Positions 51,371-64,000 of a DNA stretch of 64,000 bases are shown here, in pieces (within the stretch, counting starts at the first letter, position 1; every line of letters starts with the position of its first letter). Source of the DNA: Ylistrum balloti (taxonomy: Eukaryota); NCBI RefSeq assembly GCF_031769215.1, contig NW_026782160.1, positions 124,001 to 188,000 of the forward strand, in the 5' to 3' direction. The notes under the pieces were generated by a model, which was not told the origin of the DNA, did no database searches, and was given only the letters and a program-made list of their open reading frames with translations. The position numbers and the translations under genes were made by a program.

Positions 51371-54300
51371 ACAATAAAAACCCAAGAAACTTAAACGTTG
51401 CTGCACCTCTTTTCAAGTCCGTGGCATTTAATTTATACATTTTTTCACGCACATGTAGCGACGTAAGGACCCTCACATTTTTTCTAAACAAATAACCCCT
51501 TTTTTATTATGTAATTAATAGTGTGTAATAATTAAAGGAAAACATTAACTCTTAAATGCGGTTCAGTTTTTTTCACAGGAAATTCCAGTAATAACCGGCC
51601 AAAACTTCTGAACATAGTCTATATTGCGATACCACGGACCTAGATACTTGTTATATTCTAAATACGCAGTGAAACCAAGACTAATTGGCCCATGGATGAC
51701 TCAATACCGCGTTTTCATTTTTTCGTTTTATTTGCTCAAGATTCGGATTGCGACATAAGTTAGTACTGAGTGCACAACGGGAGGTAACTCTTAAATATTA
51801 ATAAAAATCGAAAACATCTTATTTGCATATAATTGACATAGATTAGGAGAATGCTGAATGTCATACCGGAACCTGGTTTGTATATAGTTATGTCTTTTAA
51901 TAGATTTAGTCAAGGAATAAAAAAAAAAAATCTTCAAAGACAGGTAAATAGATATAGGTTCTGCAGTCACTGTGATGTTAATAGTGAAATTGAGCAATTT
52001 TAGCAGCCTATAGATGTTAATGATGGTAAATTGTGCTTAATAAAATTTAAGATGAAATCCAGAAGCAGTTTTCACACATCAGAATTAAAATACGAAAGGA
52101 CATCCATAACTAGGAAGTTATATTTACCTTAAAAAATTGAATAACATCAATAAATGCTGATAATGTTATTACAAAATGTAATATGTATTGAAGTGTTTGA
52201 ATAAATGTATACTGCTTAAAGTAAGCTTTGAATATATTTACCAGGTTTACCTGATCTTTGGTCTGCATAAGCTGATGACTTTTAGACTACCTTGAATTTC
52301 TTTTATACTTTGTTATGTTTCATTAAAAAGTGATTAAAATGCCAAAGTTTACAACAGTTTTGGTATTCTAATGGAAAGTTGCTTGTATTGATATAACCAC
52401 ATTGTCACATTTTATTAATTTAATCTTCATGTATGTCATCTCTTTAAACCCTATCCCACTTTTGAATTCTAACTAGAAGGGATATATTCCCCTTCTTTTC
52501 TACAATTCTAGATTAGCCCATGGCATAAAAGGTATGACAAAGAAAACATATTTTTAATTTGTGATATAATAAACATTTGTTATTAGCAGGGACACAGAAC
52601 TGTCTTCCCTATGTAATATTTATCCACACTTTCTGCCAGTATCTGGTGTGTGGTGCAGATTTAGACTGATGTAAAATGTTGTTTTTTGTCCTTAGTGGGT
52701 GGTTAGTTTCACATATGTATTTCCGGTTGCTGACTTCTGAAGGAGAAGACAGTCCAATAGATATGGTTCTATGAATCTAGACAGTTATCACTTGTATTGA
52801 ACTTGGAATACTAACTTGATAGTAATTTAGTTGTTTGCGTCCTTTAAGGAGAAAATAACACATGCTAAGGTGACCTCATCATTCACTTATTTCTGGTTGT
52901 AATGAGTTGTTATGTCAATGAATACATATATGAATACTTAAAGTTATCTTTTTCAAAAACAAAATACTGGTTAACAATACCTGCTTTCCTCAAGACAATT
53001 AACCTTGTCTTAACTTATTTGTTTAACAATGGCCAGTATACCAAGTTCGATGACCAACATCCTTAGCAAAGTAAGACAATCTTACAAGCTGAGTCAGCCT
53101 CAGACATGGGAAGGCTACACTCCTTTCATTAAATTGTATTATTTTGTCAAAAAAAATGTAACAAAAAGTTGAACTGAATTTGAAATATTTAATAAGCACA
53201 CCAAAAATTATTTATCAAGTTCAAGTAATTTATTATTAACACAATTTATAATGCACAGTAATAACATATTTTCTTAGCACAGTTCTTATCAAATTTCTCA
53301 TCACCATGTGTTGGAATTGTCCACTCAAAATTTGTATGTGATGCTGGGAACATGCACTTTTGCATTATCCTGTGTTGTCCTATTGTCAGTGTTTTAATGA
53401 CATTTATGATGTAGTTTCTCTTTCTTAGGTACACAATTTCATTTGACAATGCGCGATCAACATGTCAACATAATTTTGAATTTAAGTAAGATTCGATGAA
53501 ATGAGAGCGAAATATCAACACAGATGATTACACGATACCCCTGACAAAATACAAAGATAATAAAACCAGGTGTTGTGGATAAAGTTAGTATTATCAGAAT
53601 TAACAAATAGGAATTTAGAATCGACAAAAGCATTGCTTTTATTTTACGAAAAAATAAAATGAAATAAATAAATCACTTTCGTTACTGAATTAAATTGCAT
53701 GACAGGTATTCAGACCCCGAGATCATCTGCACGCAGCTTTTCCTGGCCTGAATTAATTGATAATTGACGCTTCAATTTGACCACATTTTTAAAAACACGT
53801 TATTGATCGAATGACAGTTAAATTACATATGATAATTAAAGTTATTGGCGTATATTAGTAAAAAGAAAAACTAATGGAAGATTAATCATTCTAAACACTT
53901 AAACAATACATGAAATCATGACAAAACATCGATGACTTGCCTTTTCGACGTGTTAATCTCGCGGATAGTTGGAGACCAAAGGGCCTGTTTCCAGTAATGT
54001 TAATTCTCCATAGGAGCCTGCCCCCGTATAATTTCTTATCTAGCTCAGCTACTGTTTTTTCTTTTCCGAAAAATAATTTTACACCTTTCCGACACCCAGA
54101 TTTCATAATTTCAGTGAAAATGTATTTTTATAAAGTTGTCAATTTCAGCATCAAAGACATAAGTTCGTAAATAAAAGAAGGTTATCTCGAAATTGTAATT
54201 TGCAACATAGTATAAATTTCTTTTGATAAATATTTCCAAAACATCGTGTTTATTCATAAAACATAACAAAAAATATATGCTCGGATGAAAATGCACTTGC

Positions 54301-54627
54301 AGAGACACAGTTAAGAAGAAAAATGCCATAAATTTGCAATTTTCTCCCGTTATATAGTTTTGGATGCAAATTTCCATCAGAACATCGGATAGAGCTTTAC
54401 TTGTTTCATATGTGTACCAAAAATCAGTTAATTCCATGTGGTGGAATGTTCTCATATCGCCGCCTGAATGTGGTTGTAAATTGAAAGAAAAGGGGAAATG
54501 AGTAACAACCTTGTCTGAAACCCTATTATATAGCTTATTATATACAAACTTTTATATTGAATATCAGAGCGGATATTTTCATGACAGTTTTATGATGTGT
54601 AAAAAAAAAAAAAAAAAAAGTACTGTT

Positions 54628-55019
54628 TCCCAGTGTTTTAATGATCTTGATTACTTGAGAACCATTACGTGTGGAACGTACCAGATATCTCTGGCTCCTG
54701 GTTACATCGCCGAACATTTAAGTGATGACGGCGACTATGAGGTGTGGCTTTACCAGCACTCCCCAGACCTTCTCCGATGTCAAATACATCCCGACACAAA
54801 AGCCAAACGAAGTATAACGTTTGGATACGGTTCACCGTTTCACCCGATGTTGAGGCCCCAATAAAGGACTACTACTGCCAGTGTCCAGTTGGAGAGAGAA
54901 CGATGGGAATGTGTGCGCACATCTCCAGTATCTTGTACTACCTTGGGTATTACAGGACGCTGGAAAACCCTCGACCATTACAACCACAGGTAAAGAAATC
55001 CCGACAAAACTTGAAATAG
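54628..55019 (+). pseudogene. C-terminal fragment of a DNA-transposon protein with a SWIM zinc finger (probably PIF/Harbinger/ISL2EU-related), frameshifted
   Basis: LRTITCGTYQISLAPGYIAEHLSDDGDYEV...LLRCQI, then a 1-nt frameshift near 54788, then SRHKSQTKYNVWIRF...YYCQCPVGERTMGMCAHISSILYYLG (CxC-x9-CxH SWIM pattern). It is truncated on the left after an A-run. The superfamily is uncertain. Confidence 0.65.
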
Positions 55020-55469
55020 TTTTCCATGCGGCAACAACGTGCATATGTCGAAAGTATGTTTGGGGCTCGATATGAAAGATCCCCGTTACCATGTGACTAA
55101 CCAAACTTGTAAATATAGGTATTATACAATCGCCCGTAGCTATGAACACTCCCGTAAATGCGAAAACCAACCAAAATCATAAGGAACACGTTTTGTTTGT
55201 TGTTCTGTCTATTTGTCAGCCAATGTCTTCAACCACGGGGACTTGCGAAGTAGCCATCTTGGATTTTTTTATGAAAAAGTGTTTCTCTCACTTTTTTTTC
55301 ATATCTGTGTACATATTCACAACATACCGAGCAAATACTCTCGTTTTTTTGTTAATTATCTAAAGAAAGTCGAAAATCGGCAATTCAACCATAGGCTAAT
55401 TCAACCCAACATTTGAAAATGTTCCACAACTTACATTTTGATGATTTTTCCTCTCATCAATAGCATATT

Positions 55470-55950
55470 NNNNNNNNNNNNNNNNNNNNNNNNNNNNNNN
55501 NNNNNNNNNNNNNNNNNNNNNNNNNNNNNNNNNNNNNNNNNNNNNNNNNNNNNNNNNNNNNNNNNNNNNNNNNNNNNNNNNNNNNNNNNNNNNNNNNNNN
55601 NNNNNNNNNNNNNNNNNNNNNNNNNNNNNNNNNNNNNNNNNNNNNNNNNNNNNNNNNNNNNNNNNNNNNNNNNNNNNNNNNNNNNNNNNNNNNNNNNNNN
55701 NNNNNNNNNNNNNNNNNNNNNNNNNNNNNNNNNNNNNNNNNNNNNNNNNNNNNNNNNNNNNNNNNNNNNNNNNNNNNNNNNNNNNNNNNNNNNNNNNNNN
55801 NNNNNNNNNNNNNNNNNNNNNNNNNNNNNNNNNNNNNNNNNNNNNNNNNNNNNNNNNNNNNNNNNNNNNNNNNNNNNNNNNNNNNNNNNNNNNNNNNNNN
55901 NNNNNNNNNNNNNNNNNNNNNNNNNNNNNNNNNNNNNNNNNNNNNNNNNN
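55470..55950. other. Assembly gap (481 N)
   Basis: Direct reading of the sequence. Confidence 1.
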
Positions 55951-56894
55951 CATCCAACGCCCATAAAAGGGTGTATTCTCTAAAAAAACACAGTTTTTGT
56001 GTCTAAAATGTTATCATCGAAAATGGCATTTTTGAGATTGTTTCTTCCATAAAACAGCCAAATGGCGCGATGGAAACATGATTTTTTGTCACAATCATGC
56101 CATGAATGTATTCTTTACGGTGACTATCATTTGATTAGATTTTCATTAATATTTTACATAACATGCACATTTTATCAACACTTAGACAGCTTCTGAAAGG
56201 TACAACTTTGAGGAGCCATAAAATACAAACCAAGTGACCGAAATCTTTATACTTTATAGATTTGTGACCACAACGGCATGGGCAATGCACCACCAACAGG
56301 AAATTTGAATCAGAGAAGGGGCCGTTTTGGAAACCGGCCCTTTTGTCTTTTCGTAACAATCGTAACAGAAGCAAGTAATCAACTGTTCTTAAATGAAATG
56401 TGTAACTTATTAGGCAGAACTATGTATTTGTAAATCGCGGTAGCATGTACTGACGGCAAGTTTTCAACTTCGACTGTAATTAGCCGCCATTTTAACAACA
56501 CTGTCCTATTTCAAGAAGGATAACTCCATCCTCAGGGAGCACAACGCTAAGATACATTTTTACGTAACAGTCATGAGAGAGAGAAAGATGAAATAAATGA
56601 ATAAAGAAAAAAGAGAGAAAGAAAATGAAACAATAAACAACACAGTGACTTTAGTGTTAAACGCCTGCACCATGGGAGGGTAGTCGCATGCAAGCATGTA
56701 AAGGCCGGCTTTTTTTTTTTTTGTTATTTTTTTTCCAAGTTTTGTGTTTCAAATGCAACATAAACTTATCTTTCAATATACATTTTAAAAATAATTTTCA
56801 TTATGATTTAAGGAAATTGGTAATCCTTAATGGCAGGTAGTGGGTCAGTCCTCAAACAGATTAGTGTTGACAGGAATACCAAATGTTTTTGTTC

Positions 56895-58850
56895 CTAGAC
56901 ATATTTTGCACGTGAATGATAGACAGAGAAGCATGAATGTAGACAAAGATGTTTTTCTGCATTCTATGCAAACAAATTTTGTTTGGCTGGCCTTATCCTG
57001 CTGTCCACGTTTGCATCTCATATAGCAAATATGGCACCATGACCGTGATGGTAGGGTACTAGGTAGATGCCTCTGTGTAAGACGATCATCTAGGGACAGC
57101 AGAGATGGCCTTCCATTCCAGGAAGTAGAGGTGAACCCATCCACCAGTCCATGTATGTCACTCTAAGTAATTTGGAGGAAGGGTAGTTGTCGCTTACCTT
57201 GTCCTGGCATATGGTGTGGACTTTGAAGGAAAAGCTGATAGGCATTCAGTTTCATGATTTCCATGAGGCGTAAGAACACTTTGACAGTCCATTTTCTGGT
57301 CTTGTGGTTGAAAGAGTAATACTGCATGTATTGGTCTGCCTTGTCCACCCCACCAATGAAGGAAGTATAATCAGCGATCATTTTAGGACAAAAAAAACCT
57401 GCCTGGCAAAGGTTCCATTTTCCTGTTTAACAAGGCGTTGGACCTCTGTTGTTGTTTCATCGTGTATGGTAGACAGCGCTGTGACACATTTTTTGTCCCT
57501 TCCACACAACTGCTACCAGTGGGCCTTTTTGCCTGAAGGCCATATCACCCTGTTGGGGTTATACTACCTGGCCTTTTCTGCATGATATCCCGTGGCAGAC
57601 CATGGCGGTTGGACCTTACAGTTCCACAAGCATAAGTTTTCTCAGTAAAGAGAGATGTGAGTAAGTAGATGAGGTATAAATGTTATCCATATATACATGA
57701 TAACCTTGACCTTGGATATCAGCCCCTTGCAAACATTTGTTTACAACTCTACTTGCGAGGGCACCTACTGCATGATGGTATCTTCTTACAATGAAATAGG
57801 AATGTATATTGCTCTTAACTTAGCAGTTAAAATGTGTGGGATTATTTTATGAAGTGTACCATATAACTATTTATGACTGTATAACATACAATACCAGAAT
57901 TTTGTATCACCAATTTATTATATTTACCTGGATATGTGTCAACATAGTGGACATAGCTGCAATCCGACTCGGCCAACACCCACACTTTCACACCTCATTT
58001 CTGGGGCTTCAGTCTCATGTACTGCTTGAAGTAAACTTTTCCTTTAAAGGAAATCATGCATTTATCAGCTGTTACACGTCTGTGTGGAACATATTCTTGT
58101 ACAAATTTAGGTATGTTACAAAAGTCTTGATTTTGAACAGGGGGTCATAGGTGGGGCTATTTGGTTCCTGTTCCAAACTGTTATTTGAAAAAATGCAAGT
58201 ACCTCAGAATTTGACAAAAACGACCCCGTTTCATGGTCCTTGCAAAGAGAGGCGTTTCTAAGTAATCATCTGATGACCAATAAAGTTTTATTGATGGTTT
58301 CCTGGTTACCCCCATTGCCATGTAAAGTCCTAAGAAAACCTTCATTTCTTCTATGCTTACATCCTTCCAAGGCTGTCGGTTTTGTCATGGATGTGCATCA
58401 ATCTGCTGACAGGCATATCTTCCTGTCTCCTCTATCAGAAGGTTGATCAGTGCTGAATCTAAGAACAGGGATACAAAATCTACCGGTTCCTTATCAGGAG
58501 TCATTGACCTTGTGGGTCCTGTGTTCCCTCTTGGCGTGAAAATGTGCGGTAGACCCCTCTCAAAATCATCAAATCCAGTGTGTCATCCGTTCTCATCGTC
58601 TGCTGCTCCTCCGGGACCAGGATCAATTTCTGTATGGTACTGATCGGCCTCGCGTTCTGAATCATCTATATCGGTTGATATATCACTTACAACATCATTT
58701 CCGATGGCCTGGTGTCACAGCATCGCCATGAAATTATTTTCCGCATCATCAGCTTCCTGAGGATCGAACCCCTCAAAGTTTTCACCGTCGGAACTTTCAG
58801 TGTCCGAAGCCGTTTATCAGATTTTGAAAGAACGCATCATAACTACCATG
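56895..58850 (-). pseudogene. Near full-length degraded piggyBac (PGBD4-like) transposase with an apparent intron
   Basis: Acidic N-terminus; WKDVSIEEMKVFLGLYMAMG..YW; RFCQILRYLHF; YDPLFKIK; AD(K)CMISFKGKVYFKQYM..KPQK*GVKVWVL; YHVYMDN; YACGTVRSNR; LSTIH; GGVDKADQYMQYY; C-terminal CHIC...CIEC..HLC..CF..YH. Multiple stops and frameshifts. The 5' start is approximate. Confidence 0.92.
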
Positions 58851-60099
58851 ACAACAAAAATAATCATTTTATTGGTTGATAAAATCATATGACAAAGAAC
58901 GAGAATTCAAAATCTGATGTAAATGACACGTTCAAAATCTTTGGAAATCGCGCAATTCAATAACAAATACCAATTACCAATCGGCTTGATCTAAACGTGT
59001 CTCGCACAGCCATCTTGGATAAAGCATTGATCATGTGATCTCTGTTACTAAAATTAGAACGTTTCGTCAATCATTTGCGTGTATTAAATCTACAAAGATC
59101 GCTTAATTGCTTGACATAATCAACGAAAAAAATCAAAGTAACACACGTGTTGAAGGACACTTCACAATGTCATTCTCCGGCGACATTTAATACATTTAAT
59201 TTTGTTTATCGTAGTTTATATGTTCAAAATTTTGTGAAAATAAAGCTTGGTACTGAATTCACTGTAAAATCATATTATATTCACTGTCACGAAAAAATCA
59301 GTCTTAGGACTTCGAATTTTAATTGCCTTTGTGATTTATTTCCAGGAATTTGTAATTTACTCGCTCCCGTCTGGCCAGTGGTACTTGGTATCACAAATTC
59401 AAACAAGTATCGCATAAAAAAGATGATTTAAGCCTTACACCGGGTTGAATTTCCTTAATCTTTTCTCAAATATCATTTCTTACATGTAAGACAAGAATCT
59501 GATTGTGTTTCAGTAGGTTTGTATCGCTTCCAAAATACTAAAAATATTTCTACCTACTTGATGTATCATTGCATCATTCGGCCCAGGCCCGGTGATGCAT
59601 TAATGCATTCATTGGTCAAATTTTATAAAAAGTTCAAGTATAAGTATACTATGGCCATTATCAGATTTCAGGTTCCAAGATAAAGGCTTTGGCAGTAGGG
59701 GGCTATTATGCCTTACAATCATTTTCTAGTATCATCAGAATTTAACCAAATTTGTTAAATTACATTAAAAATAAGATATTGGATGATGTCACTAGCTATG
59801 TCTCAGATAACGAACAAATGAATATTAATATGATATTATATGACAGGAACTCTTGTTCAAATATAGCCATATGAAGCGAGATGCAATTCACAGTAATAAT
59901 CATGAACATGTATTGCTAAGGAACTACATTGCTGATATGATGATTGCTCTTGTAAAGTACAGTACACTAAATTCAATAAATCTTGTTTAAAAGTTAAATA
60001 TTACTATGTTTTTTTTTACATCATATCCAGATTGTATCTGTTTCAGGACCCTGACACATTTGCCATCGGGGGTAGCAGACATTTCATATTTCAAGTTTA

Positions 60100-62300
60100 G
60101 CCAGTGCTTGATCTAACCTTCTATGGCTGAAAAAGTGAATTGAAGCAGTCGTTGCAGAGAAATCATTAACACTCGTTGAGAAACTTATCGCATGTCTATT
60201 ACCTTCATTGCCTCCAGAAAACCAGCTCATTTTCCGTGGGATTCATATGTTATAAGTGCATCCAAGTTCTGCCTCTGTAATGGGTTTGTACTTGCCAATA
60301 TTAGTACAGTTAGCATGACACCTCATATTAAATTTGGGGTAAAATATCAAGCCCCCAGCATAACTGTCAGTCAGAGATCAGCATCCAAGTCAACTTGCAA
60401 ATTTTCAGAACTAAAAATCTGTCAAAATATGAAAACAAAAATTAATATGCTCTAATTGGATAAATAAGTAGAGACATGTGGACATTGTACATTGTAAGAT
60501 ATAAAACCACTTGAAGTGTGTGCTCCGGTTTGATTGAAGCATTCACTCTCAATTGATTATTATTGATTGGAGATTGCCCCCTAGCAGTCAGCCATGGAAA
60601 TTGATGGAAGTTGTCGCTTTTCAGTTAAAATTTATTATTTATTCTTTTTAATCATTTGTGAATATAAATACGCAAATGTTGACAAAACTTGGAAAATATA
60701 TTTAACAAAACTCATAGCTGACTTTAAGCATTATTCACAACATAATAAAGTCCTTAACATTGAAAAGATATGAATTACATATATGTATCATATGAAGACT
60801 GTTGTTGGCTTTTCTGTGTAAATTGGATTCGTGTAACAAAGTCATGGGCATTTAACTGATTATGTAATGGACTAATTGACTTCTAATAATTATTGGGGTT
60901 ATTTGGTTTTAGAAGTAATGCTATGTTAGAAACCTGTATATTCATGTTTGGGAATAGGGCAATGTTATCGTGGGGGAGGATTAACGTTACGGGTGTGCTA
61001 TCTCACATTATCAATAGTCTTGCCGGTAGACTATTGATAGGAGAGGTACAAGCTGGAAGAGAGAATTACCGAACAGATTAGAATTATACCATAAGGATCT
61101 CAAGGAAACATCTCGATAGGGTTAGGTAATACTAACACAAGATAATCAGGTACCCGACACACGGGGCAGTTAGTGATTGGATACATCTAGTTTACAGAGA
61201 GGATAAAAGACAGGGTTTTATAGTACAGAGGGGGGAGTGGAGAAGAATAAGAGTAAGAGGAGAGTCGAGTAAGTTATCAGTACCAGCTAAGAGTTGGGCA
61301 GTGATGAGAAACCCTGAGTGCCTATGATGGTGCCTCGGGACAGACGACGCCAAGAGGCCAGTAATGTCAGACATTAGAAAGTTGTACTTGATTAACTTAC
61401 AGAGAGTACTAGGCCATTGTAACAGAAGACACTATACGATCACAATGCGTTTGTATATAGAACTTTGATGTTGTTAATAAACTATGTTATCAAATATGAA
61501 GCAAGAGTTCACGCCTTGTTGTGTTACAATTCGACAGCATTTAGGAAAATTTGTAAAGTTACAGTATCCTCTGTTTGAAATACAAATTCCAACAGAGTAT
61601 ACCTTGTGATATTCATCAACTACTACTAAGGTTATGAGTTTGAATTCATAGTAATTTGTTTTGTGTGTTGAGACCATGCAACAGTATTCTATTGGCAAAC
61701 TTACAATACATTTCAGTTTGGGCATTACTTGTAAGGGCTAACACGAAGTTGTTTCACCCAGAGGAACATAATCATCATTAACATCGTGCCGTTTATAAAT
61801 AAGTACATGATTTATTGATGGGCCACTATCAAATTTCCTGACCAAGAGTAGAGTTGATGTTCCATCATCATTATGCAAGTTTCCTTTTCATAGCCACAAT
61901 GTTTTGCCGATTAACTGATTGATAGTACCTTATATTACTTGAATCTCTACCATCTAAATTACCAATATCTTTATATCATCCAAAATAGAATCAACTGGAA
62001 TTCCTGTTTAGAGCATTTTGGCAATGTCATCCCTAACACTTTATGAAATTGGAAAATATTTGGTTTAGTCAAAGTCAACAGAATGACATCGTGATGGAAT
62101 CATACACTTAATACTTGGTCTAATTTTGTATGCTAATTTTTCAACATGATGATACTTATTGGTATGACGTCTCCAAGCAGAATTTGAACAAAAATGACTT
62201 TTGACAATGGGTACATTAAAAACTTTTATGGCAAGACACATGGGCTTGATTGGTGGAAGTGGAAGTTGAAGTGTGAGATTTGACCGGAAAAAGGGAGGAG
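60100..62300 (-). pseudogene. Degraded MULE (Mutator-like) transposase with an upstream C2H2 finger remnant, split by a solo LTR
   Basis: CTHCQKSFCSNSAWRRHTNKYH (frameshifted C2H2); VRDDIAKML*TGIPVDSILDDIK; LHNDDGTS...VLIYK; CCMVSTHKTNYYEFKLITLVVVDEYHK...CISNR. The frame continues across the LTR site as IFLNAVES...VF. Boundaries are approximate, especially the low end. Confidence 0.7.
60832..61528 (+). mobile_element. Solo LTR (697 bp) with 5-bp target-site duplication ATTCG
   Basis: attcg|TGTAACA...TGTTACA|attcg: perfect 7-bp terminal inverted repeat and exact TSD (60827-60831 and 61529-61533). Internal TATA-like tttata followed by a purine-rich tract, and AATAAA at 61476. Confidence 0.9.
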
Positions 62301-64000
62301 AAACTTGTTTCCTTCCATTCAAGCTTTCTGTTTGAAGGTTTAATTGTTTCATCTTTGATAACGGCCTTTCCAACATTACCAGCGTAAGTTGTTGCATCAT
62401 ACTGGCTCCATCTATATTCGAAAACACATTGTGGAGATTGATGTCACTCTGATCTATGCTGTGAAGCTGTGATGTGAAAACCTGTGAATCTTCTTCAGTG
62501 CCTCTGTGTTTAACAAGGATATTTAAAGAGAGAGATAATGCAACAACGCACTTCTGACCTGCATATACCCCATATTTTGATAGTTAGTCAATCTCATGTA
62601 ACATGTGTTGTTGTGGCTGGATCTTCTGGATGGAAGAAATCTGAACATATGGAGATTAGCTCTAAGGAAATGAATTGCCATGGTCCGTAAATCATGATGC
62701 GAATCTTCATTTCCTACCAACATGACTTGTAGCTGTAAAGAAACAATTTACATCACCTATTACCCATCTCTGTGTCAAACCAAAACTCTCCACGTATCTC
62801 CTCTGGTCAAGAGTTTCCTGGATGGAAAATGTCATATATTATATAATTACAGCACAGAGCAAGCAGCTTATCTGATGAAATGACATGGTGTATTTCCTTT
62901 CCATGCATGTATTCAAAGTAACATAATAAATGATTGTTTTTATAAATACATATCTTATATGTTGAGATATTTGCAACTGAATTCAGTGCTTAAATTGTGT
63001 AATTTGACCAAAGTCTGCGTGGATTTTCAACAAGTGAACTTCCAATAACATAATTGTAAGAACATTGCAAGAAATATATATATATATATATATATATAAT
63101 AGAGTTACACTGTTTTGAGACTCGACATGAATGCCAACTGAAAGTAATTCAGTGCTAAAGTATTATTCATGTGCAAAAATTGTTAAAAATTTGGTAACTC
63201 CACATTGCTGCTGAAAATCTTGAATCAATCTACTTAAAGTGAAATTAGCATCTACTTCGCAGAATTCCTCATGTGAACACAACTCATAATGAAAATATTT
63301 TATAATTCAACTCATCAAACTCACTGTAATATACAAAAGTGAAAAACGAAAATTCCAGACAGTCTTTGAAGGAAGTCATCTCTTGCCTCAAGAATTAGAA
63401 AGGAACTTGGTCATTATGAAAAATCAATGTCCACATTTTATTCTAAAAGGCAAGAAATATCCTTTTATACTGGTAATGAGTATATAAATTTATCAAAAAT
63501 TCAAATTAATATTTATTCATGCATTAGCTGAATGACTTATTTTTCACAACATTCCATGTAGCAAGAAACAAATCATATGCATTAAACAAACATGTTGAAA
63601 CATTACTATGCACTTAAATAGAAGGTTCTGAAATTTCAAAATGGTTTTGGAACCATAGCAAGCATTTATGAAGCATTTTTATGATTAAATTATGATTGTT
63701 AACATTAGGCAACGTATTAAAATGAACATATTGTCTTTGTTCAAGCAATGACTATCAGGAATAATTTTTATTGTCTAAATCCTATACGGTCTGTGTTGTC
63801 CACATGAAATGAAAACACACCCTTCTAGCTTTGCATAATGCAGTTGCTCAGCAATGTTGTGTATGCTCCAAGTTTCAAAGTAACATGGATTTTCCCTGCA
63901 TGGTTGCATTTTTCCTGTTATGTAATGGACTTGGACATTGCTCATGACATAAATCTGGAGGGAGTTAATGCTTGAAATAGTTACCACTATGATACTGCGA

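Noticed and set aside
55396-55983. Four ORFs of 166-185 aa
   Set aside because: Artefacts of the N gap.
56400-59500. piggyBac TTAA target sites and TIRs
   Set aside because: Several TTAA sites exist, but I could not find a matching inverted pair.
42337-62300. RNA-guided nuclease (Fanzor/TnpB) or other intact cargo in the transposon-rich region
   Set aside because: No RuvC-like motifs or intact long ORF; the recognisable coding remnants are decayed DDE/DDD transposases or zinc-finger fragments.
62400-64000. Possible exons at 62400-62830 and 63775-63990
   Set aside because: Some splice-like signals and moderate GC, but no recognisable protein motif or consistent frame.

Overview
AT-rich eukaryotic genomic DNA with spliced genes, most likely from a bivalve mollusc. 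From memory, the HSP90 sequence and repeat families look scallop-like; this is not verified. Two conserved genes can be rebuilt exon by exon with canonical GT-AG sites and consistent phases: YIF1 (minus, 10 coding exons, 331 aa) and cytosolic HSP90 (minus, 6 coding exons plus a non-coding first exon, 719 aa ending MEEVD, three heat-shock elements upstream). Between them lie two divergently oriented genes I do not recognise, both for secreted low-complexity proteins: a 232-aa Gly/Asn/Tyr/Phe-rich protein and a 275-aa Tyr/Val/Pro-Gly-polyQ/Met protein. Both appear to be built as TATA, short non-coding exon, intron, single coding exon. The region around them is packed with about ten unrelated minisatellites (22-69 bp units), many carrying TGACA/TGTCA. 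The right third holds decayed transposons: Tc1, a HINE/Helentron-like fragment, a SWIM-finger transposase fragment, piggyBac/PGBD4-like, and a MULE interrupted by a clean solo LTR with a 5-bp TSD. There is a 481-N assembly gap. No rRNA, tRNA gene, CRISPR or prokaryotic system is supported. The most promising leads are the secreted gene pair (candidate shell or byssus/adhesive proteins), a 268-bp templated copy of YIF1 exon/intron sequence flanked by a ~37-bp duplication, and the motif shared between minisatellites.
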